A stretch of DNA of 64,000 bases from Verrucomicrobiota bacterium (GTDB lineage: Bacteria; Verrucomicrobiota; Verrucomicrobiia; Opitutales; Cerasicoccaceae): positions 64,001-128,000 of the forward strand of contig JBCBUK010000008.1 in NCBI GenBank assembly GCA_039818205.1, given 5' to 3'. Made by a program: the position numbers and the translations under genes. The notes beneath the pieces are model-generated. The model had not been told where the DNA came from. It ran no database searches and worked only from the letters and a program-made list of their open reading frames with translations. Each line of letters begins with the position of its first letter. The first letter of the stretch is position 1. Positions 30,097 to 40,329 of this stretch are shown here, one piece after another.

Positions 30097-30882
30097 ATGC
30101 CGACGAAGGTGTTCTCTATTGCGAACCAAAAAGGTGGCGTGGGTAAAACGACGACCGCCATCAATCTATCGGTGGGTCTTGCCCGCCGCAAAATCCCAAC
30201 CCTGTTGATCGATCTCGATCCGCAGGCAAATGCCACGAGCGGCCTTGGCTTCGAAAAGGAGCCCGGCGGCAGTCTTTATGATGCCCTTCATGGTGAAGGC
30301 CAAGGTCTCGATAAGGTCGTGCCCACTCGTGAGAAACACCTTTCGTTGATCCCCTCGGAAGTCGATTTGGCCGCGATCGAAATGGAGCTTGGCCAGCGAG
30401 AAGACTACTTGGTGCAGTTGAAGAACGTGCTGCAGCCCGTCCTTGATAGCGGCCAGTTCTCGGCAATTGTCTTGGACTGCCCCCCTGCCCTCGGAATGAT
30501 TTCCATGAATAGCTTGGCCGTCGCAGATTACCTGCTCGTGGCACTTCAGTGTGAGTATTTGGCGCTCGAGGGTCTCGGTCAAATTCTCGCCGTGGTCGAG
30601 CAACTTAAAGAAGCCGAAGTAAACCCAACCCTTGAAGTTGGCGGAATCTTGATGACCATGTATGATTCGCGAACGAAACTATCCAAGGAGGTTGTTGATG
30701 AGGTCCGTAACTATCGGCCTGATTTAATATTTAACACGGTAATCCCCCGGACAGTTCGTCTCAGTGAAGCACCCAGTTTCGGGAGGTCGATCTTTGAGCA
30801 CGCTCGCCTAAACCCTGGTGCTTTTGCCTACGGCAAGTTGGCGAAAGAAGTTATCGAGCGCTTTAACCTAGAAAAAGCCTAG
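30097..30882 (+). CDS. ParA/Soj family ATPase
   Basis: NQKGGVGKTTTAINL, DLDPQANAT, DCPP, QCEYLALEG, LSEAPSFG. Confidence 0.93.
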   Translation: MPTKVFSIANQKGGVGKTTTAINLSVGLARRKIPTLLIDLDPQANATSGLGFEKEPGGSLYDALHGEGQGLDKVVPTREKHLSLIPSEVDLAAIEMELGQREDYLVQLKNVLQPVLDSGQFSAIVLDCPPALGMISMNSLAVADYLLVALQCEYLALEGLGQILAVVEQLKEAEVNPTLEVGGILMTMYDSRTKLSKEVVDEVRNYRPDLIFNTVIPRTVRLSEAPSFGRSIFEHARLNPGAFAYGKLAKEVIERFNLEKA

Positions 30883-31014
30883 CGGGCTCCGCTCGCAGAA
30901 ATCACGGAACATGTCGGACGATACATGTTCTTCTTGGGTTCCCATTGATAGATTATAATTTTCTTTCGATTTAATAAATGATCAGCCCGCATATGGCTGA
31001 TATCCTGCGTAACT

Positions 31015-31533
31015 ATGGCCGAAGCCAACAGCATTATCGCACTCATTGTCGTTTACCTAATCGTCTTGATTGGGTTACTTGGGTCACTGCTCCCGGTTTT
31101 ACCGGGCTGCTTCATTATCTGGTGCGGTATCTTGATCTATAAGTTCTGGATACCCGAAGACTACACCTGGACATTCGTCGCCATAAATGCGCTCTTGGTG
31201 ATCCTCGCGCAGGTTCTAGATTTCCTCGCAGGGCTTTGGGGCGCACGGAAGTTTGGTGCCAGTTGGCGAGGCGGAATCGGTGCCCTGATCGGTGCGATTC
31301 TGGGGCCTTTCGTATTGTCCGTTATTCCGGGTCTGGGAACCGTTGCGGGTCTGATTCTTGGCCCCGTGATCGGTGCTTTCTTGGGAGAACTTTCGGCCGG
31401 CCGCACAATCAAAGAAGGTGGCAAGGCAGGGGTTGGAACGGTGGTTGGCGGTATGGTTGCTTTTGCCATGAAGTTTGCAATTGCCCTTGGTATGGTTGGT
31501 TGGTTCACCTTCCAAGTCTTTTTTGCTGGATGA
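31015..31533 (+). CDS. DUF456 family membrane protein
   Basis: GSLLPVLPG, GARKFGAS..G.IGA, GPVIGAFLGEL. Confidence 0.85.
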   Translation: MAEANSIIALIVVYLIVLIGLLGSLLPVLPGCFIIWCGILIYKFWIPEDYTWTFVAINALLVILAQVLDFLAGLWGARKFGASWRGGIGALIGAILGPFVLSVIPGLGTVAGLILGPVIGAFLGELSAGRTIKEGGKAGVGTVVGGMVAFAMKFAIALGMVGWFTFQVFFAG

Positions 31534-32174
31534 GTATCGTTGTCGAAGATTGGGGGCGCACCCGCTATCGCGAGGCCCTTGAGCGCCAGTTGACTGCAGT
31601 CGAGGAGCGCATCGATGGTGGAACCGATCGGCTGATCTTCACCGAACACCAACCCGTGTACACGGTCGGTCGCCGCAAGGACGCGATACAGCACCTCCTG
31701 CTTGATTCCGATGCCTTAGCCGAGCGCGGTATTGATTTGGTTGAAACCACCCGGGGTGGCGACATTACCTACCACGGTCCCGGCCAGATTGTTGGCTACG
31801 CCGTATTGTCTCTGGATCATCGACGGGATCTACACGGCTATCTCCGAGACCTGGAACAAGTGCTCATCAACGCGCTCATGACGGTCGGACTCGCCGCGAG
31901 CCGCCGTGAGGGCCTGACTGGAATTTGGCTCGAGAATCGCAAAATCGCCGCCATTGGCGTCGCGGTGAAACGCTGGATCAGCTATCATGGCTTTGCGCTG
32001 AATATGGACCCGGATATGTCGGCATTCGCCGGCATCGTTCCCTGTGGCATTACCAACGAAGAAGGACGCGTAACGAGCCTTCGCCAGGAGCTGGCCGATC
32101 TGACGCCAACGACTGATGAAATGAAGAAGATCCTCGCCGCTGAATTTGAGAAAATTTTTGACTCTGAGCCGTAA
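31530..32174 (+). CDS. lipB: Lipoyl(octanoyl) transferase
   Basis: EHQPVYTVG, RGGDITYHGPGQ, KIAAIG, HGFALN, IVPCG; start ATG 31530. Confidence 0.95.
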   Translation: MSIVVEDWGRTRYREALERQLTAVEERIDGGTDRLIFTEHQPVYTVGRRKDAIQHLLLDSDALAERGIDLVETTRGGDITYHGPGQIVGYAVLSLDHRRDLHGYLRDLEQVLINALMTVGLAASRREGLTGIWLENRKIAAIGVAVKRWISYHGFALNMDPDMSAFAGIVPCGITNEEGRVTSLRQELADLTPTTDEMKKILAAEFEKIFDSEP

Positions 32175-32198
32175 ATCATGATTGTCTGACAATTTGAT

Positions 32199-33095
32199 AT
32201 GCAAGACACGTCACGAAAACCAGATTGGCTCCGCGCCAAACTTCCCAACGGACCGGGCTATATGGCCACGCGTCGCAACGTCGATGAGCACAAGCTGCAC
32301 ACGGTTTGCGAAAGCGCGAAGTGTCCGAATATGGGAGAGTGCTGGAGCCGTGGCACGGCCACAGTGATGATCCTTGGCAACGTCTGCACACGTTCCTGCA
32401 CCTTTTGCAACATCCAGACCGGACGTCCACCTGAGCTGGACTTGGGTGAGCCAGCGCGCGTTGCGGACAGCATCGCCAAAATGAATTTGAAGCACGTGGT
32501 CATTACCTCGGTTGCCCGGGATGACCTTAAAGACACTGGTGCGAGTGTTTGGGCAGCTACGATTCGCGCGGTTCACTACCGTTGTCCTGAAACGACGGTC
32601 GAGATCCTCCCCGCTGATTTCCGGGGCAAGGCGGAATACCTCGACATCGTCCTCGATGCGAAGCCCGACATCTTCAACCACAATATGGAAACAGTGGAGC
32701 GATTGCAGCGGCCGATTCGCAAAACCGCTCGCTATGATCGTTCCCTCTGGGTGCTCGAACACGCGAAGAAGCGTGGTTTCGTTACCAAGAGTGGTATCAT
32801 GCTCGGCATCGGCGAGAAAGAAAAAGAGGTCGAGCAACTGCTTCGGGACCTCCAGGCCATTGGCACCAATATTTTGACGATCGGCCAATACCTCCAACCG
32901 ACCAAAAAGCACGAGACAATGGATCGTTGGGTGCATCCCGATGAATTTGCCCACTGGAAGCAATGGGCATTGGATCTCGGATTCGACGTCGTCGAAAGTG
33001 GCCCACTCGTCCGCTCGTCCTACCATGCCGACGAACAGGTTGATATCTTTGGTCTGCTCGAAAAGCGGAAAGCGGAAAAAGCCGCTAGCGCTTAG
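32199..33095 (+). CDS. lipA: Lipoyl synthase
   Basis: CESAKCPNMGEC and CTRSCTFC clusters; VRSSYHA. Confidence 0.97.
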   Translation: MQDTSRKPDWLRAKLPNGPGYMATRRNVDEHKLHTVCESAKCPNMGECWSRGTATVMILGNVCTRSCTFCNIQTGRPPELDLGEPARVADSIAKMNLKHVVITSVARDDLKDTGASVWAATIRAVHYRCPETTVEILPADFRGKAEYLDIVLDAKPDIFNHNMETVERLQRPIRKTARYDRSLWVLEHAKKRGFVTKSGIMLGIGEKEKEVEQLLRDLQAIGTNILTIGQYLQPTKKHETMDRWVHPDEFAHWKQWALDLGFDVVESGPLVRSSYHADEQVDIFGLLEKRKAEKAASA

Positions 33096-33391
33096 TCCCC
33101 GCGTTTGACGAGGTCTAGAATCCCAGGGAATCGCGCTACGAATTCTTCGGCGCGGACCGTGCTGAGGCCCTTTGCGCCTTGCATCCGGGTCGAGATTAGG
33201 CCCGCATTGCGCAGCACATCCATATGGTGCGATAACGTGGCTTTGGCAACGTTGGTTGGCAACTGGTTGCAGGCCAACTCCTCCTCATTCATTAGCGTGC
33301 GAATAATCTTCAATCGACAAGGATCAGACAAGGCGTGCATCACCGCTTCAAGCGTGACGTCTTCCATGTCTGGCTGGGCATAAATTTTCAT
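33092..33391 (-). CDS. ArsR/SmtB family transcriptional regulator
   Basis: ALSDPCRLKI, KATLSHHMDVLRNAGLI. Confidence 0.9.
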   Translation of the reverse strand: MKIYAQPDMEDVTLEAVMHALSDPCRLKIIRTLMNEEELACNQLPTNVAKATLSHHMDVLRNAGLISTRMQGAKGLSTVRAEEFVARFPGILDLVKRGD

Positions 33392-33402
33392 TGGCTAAAC
33401 AT

Positions 33403-33473
33403 TGTTCGAAAAAATTCGAAGGTCAACTTGACGAAATCGAATTATCGGACGAGTGTTCGAAAAATTTAGAACA
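33403..33473. promoter_or_regulatory. Two related imperfect palindromes, candidate ArsR operators
   Basis: TGTTCGAAAAAATTCGAAGG at 33403 and TGTTCGAAAAATTTAGAACA at 33454, between the divergent arsR and ene-reductase genes. Confidence 0.65.
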
Positions 33474-33482
33474 ATATCTACT

Positions 33483-34544
33483 ATGAGTAACGAATCGAAT
33501 TTAGCTATGCCGCTCAAAGTCGGCGCCTGGGAACTTCCAAATCGGGTAATCATGGCCCCCCTCACCCGCTGCCGATCGAGCGAAGGACGCGTGCCCAACG
33601 CCATGATGGCTGAGTATTACGCTCAACGGGCCTCAGCGGGCTTAATTATCTCGGAAGCCACGTCCGTCGATCCTACGGGCGTCGGTTATCCCGACACACC
33701 TGGCATCTGGTCCGAGGCGCAGGTCGAAGGCTGGAAGCGGGTGACTGAGGCCGTGCACGCCAGAGGGGGCCGCATCATCCTGCAGCTTTGGCACGTCGGC
33801 CGCATGTCCGATCCCATTTACCTGAACGGTAAGCTCCCGGTAGCTCCAAGTGCCATCGCGCCGGAGGGCCACGTCAGCCTTGTGCGTCCCGAGAAACCGT
33901 TTGTCACCCCGCGGGCATTGGAATTGGCTGAAATCCCAGCGATCGTCGAAGCCTATCGCAAGGGAGCTGAGAACGCCAAGCATGCTGGTTTTGATGGCGT
34001 CGAATTGCATGGGGCCAATGGCTATTTGCTCGATCAGTTTCTGCAGGATTCAACAAACAAGCGGACTGACGAATATGGGGGTTCAATCGAAAATCGCGCA
34101 CGTCTGATGTTAGCAGCAGTCGATGCCGCGATTTCGGTATGGGGTCCCGATCGGGTCGGTCTACACATTTCACCAAAAGCTGATGCCCACGACATGGCCG
34201 ACTCCGACCTTGGAGCGACATTCAGCTACGTGGCCGAAGCCATGCGCCAGCGTGATATTGCTTTCATCTGTGCCCGCGAAGGCCAGGAGGAGCCACGGCT
34301 CGGGCCCAAGTTGAAAGAAATTTTTGGTGGCGTCTACATTGCGAATCAGGCTTTGGACCAGGCAACCGCCGAAAAGCTCATCCGATACGGTGAAGCCGAC
34401 GCAGCCGCCTGGGGACAGCTATTTATCGCCAATCCAGACCTGCCACGCCGATTCATCGAAGACATCGAACTCAACGAGCCCAACCCCGCGACCTACTATG
34501 GCGGCGGTGTGGAAGGCTATACCGACTACCCGTTCGCGAGTTAG
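33483..34544 (+). CDS. Old yellow enzyme family alkene reductase (NemA/XenB-like)
   Basis: MAPLTR.R, YYAQRASAGLII, QLWHVGR, HGANGYLLDQF, GYTDYP; start ATG 33483. Confidence 0.93.
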   Translation: MSNESNLAMPLKVGAWELPNRVIMAPLTRCRSSEGRVPNAMMAEYYAQRASAGLIISEATSVDPTGVGYPDTPGIWSEAQVEGWKRVTEAVHARGGRIILQLWHVGRMSDPIYLNGKLPVAPSAIAPEGHVSLVRPEKPFVTPRALELAEIPAIVEAYRKGAENAKHAGFDGVELHGANGYLLDQFLQDSTNKRTDEYGGSIENRARLMLAAVDAAISVWGPDRVGLHISPKADAHDMADSDLGATFSYVAEAMRQRDIAFICAREGQEEPRLGPKLKEIFGGVYIANQALDQATAEKLIRYGEADAAAWGQLFIANPDLPRRFIEDIELNEPNPATYYGGGVEGYTDYPFAS

Positions 34545-34579
34545 CTTGACCTTCCGCCGGATTCGCTAGTCTTGGCGGG

Positions 34580-36412
34580 ATGTCTTTAAACTTCGACCTA
34601 GGAAGCCAACTGGATGCCCAACTGCGCCAGGCTGCTCAAAGCCTGGATGCATTTACTGATGCCTTCTCGCCGGAGGTGCGTCCAGCGGATCCACGTTTTG
34701 GCGACTTCCAGGCCAACGGCGTCCTGCCTTTTGCAAAGCAAGCGAAAGCGAACCCCCGCCAATTGGCAACTCAACTGGTCGATGCCTTGCTTTCCCTGGA
34801 AGGTTTTTCGGGAGCATTGATCCAACCGAAGAAAGGAGAAACTCCCGTGGTTCCCGCTGGCGTCGATTGGGCCTTGGAAATCGCTGGCCCCGGGTTCATC
34901 AATTTTCGGGCTTCTTCAGCCTTGTTGTCGAGTTGGTTGAAGGCGTTTCGGGATGAGGCATCTTTTGCTTCGGGGGCCGCTAGCCGCTTCAAGGGGCGGA
35001 AAATTGTGGTCGACTATCCAAGCCCAAACACTGCCAAACAAATGCACATTGGTCACCTGCGCCCGTTGGTTATTGGTGAGGCAGTTGCCCGCATCCTGGA
35101 TTTTTGCGGAGCAGATGTCATACGGGATAATCACATTGGGGATTGGGGAACCAACTTCGGCACGCTGATCATGGCGATCAAGCGCGAGCAGGTTGACCTC
35201 GCCGGGATGGGGACCGATGGGCTTCCAGAGATTGAGCGCCTCTACAAGTTAGGCTCATCCTGGGAAAAGGACGATCCCGCTATCCGGGATATTTCCCGCA
35301 ATGAGCTCGTCAAACTCCAGCAAGGTGACGCGGAAAACACAAAGATTTGGGAAAATATCGTGGCGCTTTCCAACGGTGCGTTTGAGGCTACTTATCAGCG
35401 GATGGGCGTTAAGTCCGATGTAACTCTGGGCGAATCTTTTTACCGCGACAAGGTCGATCGCATCTACAGCGAATTAACCGAATGCAACCTCGCTGAAGAG
35501 AGCGACGGCGCACTTGTCGTCTGGCACGACGAGATAAAGAAATTCTCTCGCGAAAACGAGCGGCCCTTTCCGTTCAATATTCGCAAGAAGGATGGTGCAT
35601 CGAATTACGCATCGACTGACCTGGCAACGGTGCTTTACCGCGTCGAGCATTTCAAAGCCGACGAGATCGTATACTTCACGGACTCTCGCCAACAGGACCA
35701 CTTTCAGCAGCTATTCTTGACGGTCGATAAGTGGTTTGCCTGCAAAGACTATTCGAAACCGGATTTCAGTCACGTTTGGTGGGGAGCTATTTGCGGTGAA
35801 GATGGTAAGCCCATCAAGACACGTAGCGGCGAACCAATTCTATTGAAGAATTTGTTAGATGAAGGGGTTGCCCGCGCCGCGAAGACTGCCCAAGAGAAGA
35901 CGAAAACGCCGGATCTGACGGATGAAGAAAAAGCGACGATTGCTGAAGCGGTCGGTGTTGGCGCGGTACGCTATGCCGACTTGTCGCAGAACCGGACGCA
36001 GGACTACGTCTTTGATTGGGACAAGCTGCTTGCGTTTGAAGGCAACACGGCGCCTTACCTGCAAATGCAAGTCGCCCGCATCCATGGCATTTTGCGCAAG
36101 TTGGATCTTAAAATGGGTCAAGGCGAAGAAGCCGCATCCGATCTCGAGACTCCACAGGAGATTGCTCTCGCACAAAAGCTGATTGGCTTTCCCGCGGCGT
36201 TAGAGATGACGATTAGCGACCTCCGTCCGCACCACCTGTGCACCTACCTGTTCGAGCTCGCTGGTGTGTTCTCGTCATTCTACAGCGCTAACCACGTAAT
36301 GGTCGATGAACCCGATCTAAAGGCGCGCCGGATTATGCTCTGTGCCCGGACGCTCGCGGTCCTCGAAACTGGCCTCCACCTTCTGGGCATCACCACGCTG
36401 GAACGCATGTAG
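34580..36412 (+). CDS. argS: Arginine--tRNA ligase
   Basis: GDFQAN, AGPGFIN, PNTAKQMHIGHLR, GDWG, FEGNTAPY, C-terminal LERM. Confidence 0.96.
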   Translation: MSLNFDLGSQLDAQLRQAAQSLDAFTDAFSPEVRPADPRFGDFQANGVLPFAKQAKANPRQLATQLVDALLSLEGFSGALIQPKKGETPVVPAGVDWALEIAGPGFINFRASSALLSSWLKAFRDEASFASGAASRFKGRKIVVDYPSPNTAKQMHIGHLRPLVIGEAVARILDFCGADVIRDNHIGDWGTNFGTLIMAIKREQVDLAGMGTDGLPEIERLYKLGSSWEKDDPAIRDISRNELVKLQQGDAENTKIWENIVALSNGAFEATYQRMGVKSDVTLGESFYRDKVDRIYSELTECNLAEESDGALVVWHDEIKKFSRENERPFPFNIRKKDGASNYASTDLATVLYRVEHFKADEIVYFTDSRQQDHFQQLFLTVDKWFACKDYSKPDFSHVWWGAICGEDGKPIKTRSGEPILLKNLLDEGVARAAKTAQEKTKTPDLTDEEKATIAEAVGVGAVRYADLSQNRTQDYVFDWDKLLAFEGNTAPYLQMQVARIHGILRKLDLKMGQGEEAASDLETPQEIALAQKLIGFPAALEMTISDLRPHHLCTYLFELAGVFSSFYSANHVMVDEPDLKARRIMLCARTLAVLETGLHLLGITTLERM

Positions 36413-36482
36413 TCGGCGTAATGCCAATGAGTGCTTGGAGGCTGACTCCAAGGGTTTGCCTCCTTTGCCTCCTGCTGAAACG

Positions 36483-36905
36483 TTAGAAGCTGATTTGTCC
36501 CTTTTCCATGGCGTCAATTATCACGATGATCCACATGATTAGGACGTTAGTCAGGGAGAAAAATACGGCGGCACTGCCCATGTCCTTTGCTCGCTTGGCA
36601 AACGGATGGGTTTCCTGAGAAATATAGTCCACCGTCCATTCCATGGCCGAATTGCAGAGCTCGACAATCAGAACGAGGAAGATCGACCCAATCATCAACG
36701 CCTTGCCGAGCAGACCGACTGGCAGCAAGATCGCGACGGGAATCAGAACACAGGCCAGGATCATTTCCTGCCTGAAAGCAGACTCGTGTTTCAAGCTGGA
36801 ACCAATGCCCTCAAATGAGTAAAACATTGCGTTCCAGATGCGTTTCAGACCTCCGCGTGATTTATCTTCGCGGACTGGGGGCTCAGCATGGTTGTCTTGA
36901 AGCAT
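36483..36905 (-). CDS. dgkA: Diacylglycerol kinase (DgkA family)
   Basis: ESAFRQE, VELCNSAME..VD, AKDMGSAAV. Confidence 0.92.
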   Translation of the reverse strand: MLQDNHAEPPVREDKSRGGLKRIWNAMFYSFEGIGSSLKHESAFRQEMILACVLIPVAILLPVGLLGKALMIGSIFLVLIVELCNSAMEWTVDYISQETHPFAKRAKDMGSAAVFFSLTNVLIMWIIVIIDAMEKGQISF

Positions 36906-37046
36906 CGATTTATAACAAAGTTGGTATAAATAAGGTCATCACCTTGATTGGCAATTCTTTAATGGATTATTATTAGAATCTTGAATCGTGCATGCAAATG
37001 CACTTGAGAGGTGATAAAAATCGACCAATCTTGTGATTAGTTAAAT

Positions 37047-38195
37047 ATGGAACATCTCAGCGATCCCCACAAAAAAGTCTACTCTGCTGGCGGAAACCTA
37101 TACAGCATTAGCGATTTGCTTCACAGCATCACGGATCCGGAATACATGGTCGATGGCCTACCCCGTATTTCGGACTACCATTTTAAGGTTGGGGAACCTA
37201 TTCGCTATCGGCTAGATTCTAGCCTGGTTTCTATTCCTGACGGCTCAAGCTTGACCCCTGAGGCAATTGAGGGACTCATTTTCCCGCTCTTGGTCCCGGA
37301 TCGCATCCACGAGATTCAAAAAGGAGGCCCGGTCGACATCGACTGCGGTTATGAATTCACGGGCGACGAAGTCCGGTACAATTTTCGCCTCAATGTATTT
37401 CGGGACCGCCACGGGCTGGCGGCGACGCTGCGGATGCTCCCTCCGAAGCCGCCAACAATCGAGCGCGTTGGCTTCCCCTACGACGATATTTGGGAAGACT
37501 TGGTGAACTTGCGGCAAGGCCTTGTATTGATCTCGGGAATTACCGGCAGTGGCAAGTCGACGACCATCGCCAGTATCCTAAATTACATCAACCAACACCG
37601 CCCAGACCGGATTATCACCCTCGAGGACCCGGTTGAGTATCTTTACGATAGCGACCGTGCGATGATCTCTCAACGTGAGATTGGTGTGCACGTTGAATCG
37701 TTCTCGCGTGGTTTACGGAGTGCCTTGCGCGAAGACCCGGACCTGATCTTCGTGGGGGAAATTCGTGACGTCGAGACTGCGGCATTGGCGATCTCGGCGG
37801 CTGAAACCGGCCACCTTGTTTTCTCCACGGTTCACACGCGGGACGCCCTCGGCACCGTGACACGTCTCATCGACATGTTCCCTCCTGAGCGCGAGCGCGA
37901 GTTAACCACGCAACTCTCCTTGAACTTGAAGACGGTCATTAGCCAGAAGCTCGCTCCAATGGCGGGTGGTCAGGGCCGCGTAATTGCCATGGAAGTGCTG
38001 CGGAACGTCACTGGTGTGGGTAACTTGATCCGTAGTGGTAAGGTTCACCAACTGTATTCCACGATGGAGACCAAGGGCTCCGAAGGAATGTTGACGATGG
38101 AACAGGCGCTTCTGGAGTTGTATGAAGAAGGCAAAATCACCAAAGAAACCGCCCTCTCCTACGCCAACCGCGACGAAATTGCCGACCGGCTCTAG
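37047..38195 (+). CDS. pilT: PilT/PilU family type IV pilus retraction ATPase
   Basis: GITGSGKSTT, TLEDPVE, ALREDPDLIFVGEIRD, AAETGHLVFSTVHT. Confidence 0.88.
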   Translation: MEHLSDPHKKVYSAGGNLYSISDLLHSITDPEYMVDGLPRISDYHFKVGEPIRYRLDSSLVSIPDGSSLTPEAIEGLIFPLLVPDRIHEIQKGGPVDIDCGYEFTGDEVRYNFRLNVFRDRHGLAATLRMLPPKPPTIERVGFPYDDIWEDLVNLRQGLVLISGITGSGKSTTIASILNYINQHRPDRIITLEDPVEYLYDSDRAMISQREIGVHVESFSRGLRSALREDPDLIFVGEIRDVETAALAISAAETGHLVFSTVHTRDALGTVTRLIDMFPPERERELTTQLSLNLKTVISQKLAPMAGGQGRVIAMEVLRNVTGVGNLIRSGKVHQLYSTMETKGSEGMLTMEQALLELYEEGKITKETALSYANRDEIADRL

Positions 38196-38201
38196 CTGGA
38201 T

Positions 38202-38828
38202 CTAGATTTCGTATTCCACGCCAGCACGCTGCTTCTGTGCCTTGCGTTCTTGCCAGTAAAAAAGCGAGGTTGGAACTACTTGCAGAGCGACAATGAGAAC
38301 TGCCAGCGAAAGCAGCGAAGCGGGTCCTGATTCAACGAAGAGCCAAATCGAACCAATCCACCATCCAATCGCTGCGGCTTGGAGGTATCGACGCGTATCG
38401 ACGAGGCCTTGAATGAAAAAGCCAACGCCCATCAGGGTTCCGAAAATGGCAGGAAGCAGATACGGGTTCATGCCGCCAAGCCCAACCGCTGCAATGCCGA
38501 ACAATGCCATCGCAACAATGCAGGCAGCCCATATTCCCCGAACCATGCGGCTCGTTAACGGTGTTTGATGAAACTCTTCGAGGGTGACCTTGCCATAGAC
38601 AAAGGAACAAACAGCTCCAAAGATGATGGAAGGCGCCCAAATGAACAACCCGCCGTCGACCGGAATGTCATACGTGAAAATCGCCCATTGCAAGATACAG
38701 CACTTGGCAAAAATGAGCCCCCAGAATACGAGCAGCAACATGCGCGACGCCACAACCTGGTGCGAGCGCTCCAGCGCTAATTCGTATTCGGCTGCATCGA
38801 CCGAAACCTTTGGGGCAGTTGCTACCAT
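38202..38828 (-). CDS. Hypothetical multi-pass membrane protein
   Basis: About six hydrophobic segments; start trimmed to ATG 38828 (or 38843) because the track's extension overlaps the Dabb gene. Confidence 0.7.
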   Translation of the reverse strand: MVATAPKVSVDAAEYELALERSHQVVASRMLLLVFWGLIFAKCCILQWAIFTYDIPVDGGLFIWAPSIIFGAVCSFVYGKVTLEEFHQTPLTSRMVRGIWAACIVAMALFGIAAVGLGGMNPYLLPAIFGTLMGVGFFIQGLVDTRRYLQAAAIGWWIGSIWLFVESGPASLLSLAVLIVALQVVPTSLFYWQERKAQKQRAGVEYEI

Positions 38829-38924
38829 ACCTAATATAAACATATCGGTTATTCTCGGTGATGCAACGCTCGAGAAGTATTTTCCATAGTTGCGTTTCCA
38901 GCGACCTGTTGCCAGATTCCCCGG

Positions 38925-39230
38925 ATGATTACCCATGTTGTCGTTTTCTGGTTGGACAAACCTTACGGTGAAAATCGCGAACAACTTCTGGCCGCAGCCA
39001 AGCAATACCTTGGAGGCATTCCAGGTTGCGAAAATTTTCGCGCAGGAGTGGCGGTCCCGAGCGCACGTGGTGTTGTTGATGATACGTTCGCCGTTGGCAT
39101 TTCGATGGATTTCGCGGACCAGGAGACAGCAGATACTTACCAGGCTCATCCCGACCACGTGAAGTTTGTCGAAGAGGCAGTGAAGCCAATGGTCAAGCGC
39201 TTCGTCGTCTATGATTTTGGTGAGGCATAG
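38925..39230 (+). CDS. Dabb family stress-responsive A/B barrel protein
   Basis: MITHVVVFWL...IPG...YQAHPDHVKFV...VYDF. Confidence 0.9.
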   Translation: MITHVVVFWLDKPYGENREQLLAAAKQYLGGIPGCENFRAGVAVPSARGVVDDTFAVGISMDFADQETADTYQAHPDHVKFVEEAVKPMVKRFVVYDFGEA

Positions 39231-39270
39231 CCCACCTGGACGCAATCAATTGCGGTGAACGTGATCCCGT

Positions 39271-40305
39271 ATGCAGCCTCCTGATTCTCAACCGCCCCCC
39301 GATGATTCGCTGGACAGCGACGGAAATCCAAAACCTAAACGGACGGGTCGTGATCTCGTCCGTGAATCAACCTATGATCGGCAGGATCCGCAGCCTTTCC
39401 GTCAAGGCTCACTCGAAGGGGATTCTTTCCTCGACAAACTACGCCCACTGGCGAGCGTCGTTATCGTATTTTTCGTTCTTGGTGTAGCGGTTTCCTATCT
39501 CCTGCTCCGCCCAGACGATCCGGAGACCGTTTCAACCATCGCTCCCGTAGAAAACACTGAGCCAGTCGTTGTAACGGGAGTTGATCGGATGAAATCACTT
39601 CAAGCCCGCGGCGACACCTCCCGGCGCGCATTGGATATCCTGAGCGAAAATACCATAGCTCAAGGAGGTTATGAAAAGCTGCAGGATACGGTGAGCATGA
39701 TATTCCGCGGACGAGTCGAGATGGGGCAAAGTGTTTACCCCTTTCGCCTACTTGGGCGCCGGCCTGACCTCTACCGAATCTCCTATGAGGTTGGACCAAA
39801 ACAAGTCTTAGTGCTCGCCCACAACAGCGAAATTGCGTGGCAGCAGCTGAAGCAAGCTAGCCGGTCGATTGATGTCTCTGAGCTAGAATCAGAGAAGCAG
39901 ATTCCCCTTCGCCTAGCAGCGCAATTCGATCAGCCGCTTCAACGCTTTCTTTTTGCTGATACCTATATCACCGGTTCTGGGCTTCGACTGCGATACATTG
40001 GACGCCAAATGCGGGAAAACATGGTCTTCGAAGTTTTAGAAGTAGAACAGCCTGGCCTTCCTGATGTTAGGTGCATTGTCGATAGCAGCAGCAACTTGGT
40101 CGTGGCCATGGAATATCGCTTAGGCGCGGAGAATCATCGTATCGAGCTCACTCAATACCGAGATGTCGACGGCCTGTATATTCCGCATAAACGGGATCAT
40201 TTCGTTGATGGAGAGAGACTCAGTACCGTCGTCTTAGAAGAAGTTTTGGTAAATCCCGGTGCTCTCCAGAATGTTTTCGACCCACCACCGGAGCTTGTCG
40301 ATTAG
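39271..40305 (+). CDS. Membrane-anchored hypothetical protein, LolA-like lipoprotein-sorting fold suspected
   Basis: One TM, then AQGGYEKL...FRGRV...YRDVDGLYIPH...VNPG pattern. Confidence 0.55.
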   Translation: MQPPDSQPPPDDSLDSDGNPKPKRTGRDLVRESTYDRQDPQPFRQGSLEGDSFLDKLRPLASVVIVFFVLGVAVSYLLLRPDDPETVSTIAPVENTEPVVVTGVDRMKSLQARGDTSRRALDILSENTIAQGGYEKLQDTVSMIFRGRVEMGQSVYPFRLLGRRPDLYRISYEVGPKQVLVLAHNSEIAWQQLKQASRSIDVSELESEKQIPLRLAAQFDQPLQRFLFADTYITGSGLRLRYIGRQMRENMVFEVLEVEQPGLPDVRCIVDSSSNLVVAMEYRLGAENHRIELTQYRDVDGLYIPHKRDHFVDGERLSTVVLEEVLVNPGALQNVFDPPPELVD

Positions 40306-40329
40306 CGCCAGTGTAACCCTAATTTTGGT

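Noticed and set aside
32211..33026. 271-aa antisense ORF
   Set aside because: Shadow frame of lipA with no recognisable motifs.
38844..39245. N-terminal extension of the 347-aa minus-strand ORF
   Set aside because: Lies antisense to the well-supported Dabb gene; the true start is likely 38828 or 38843.
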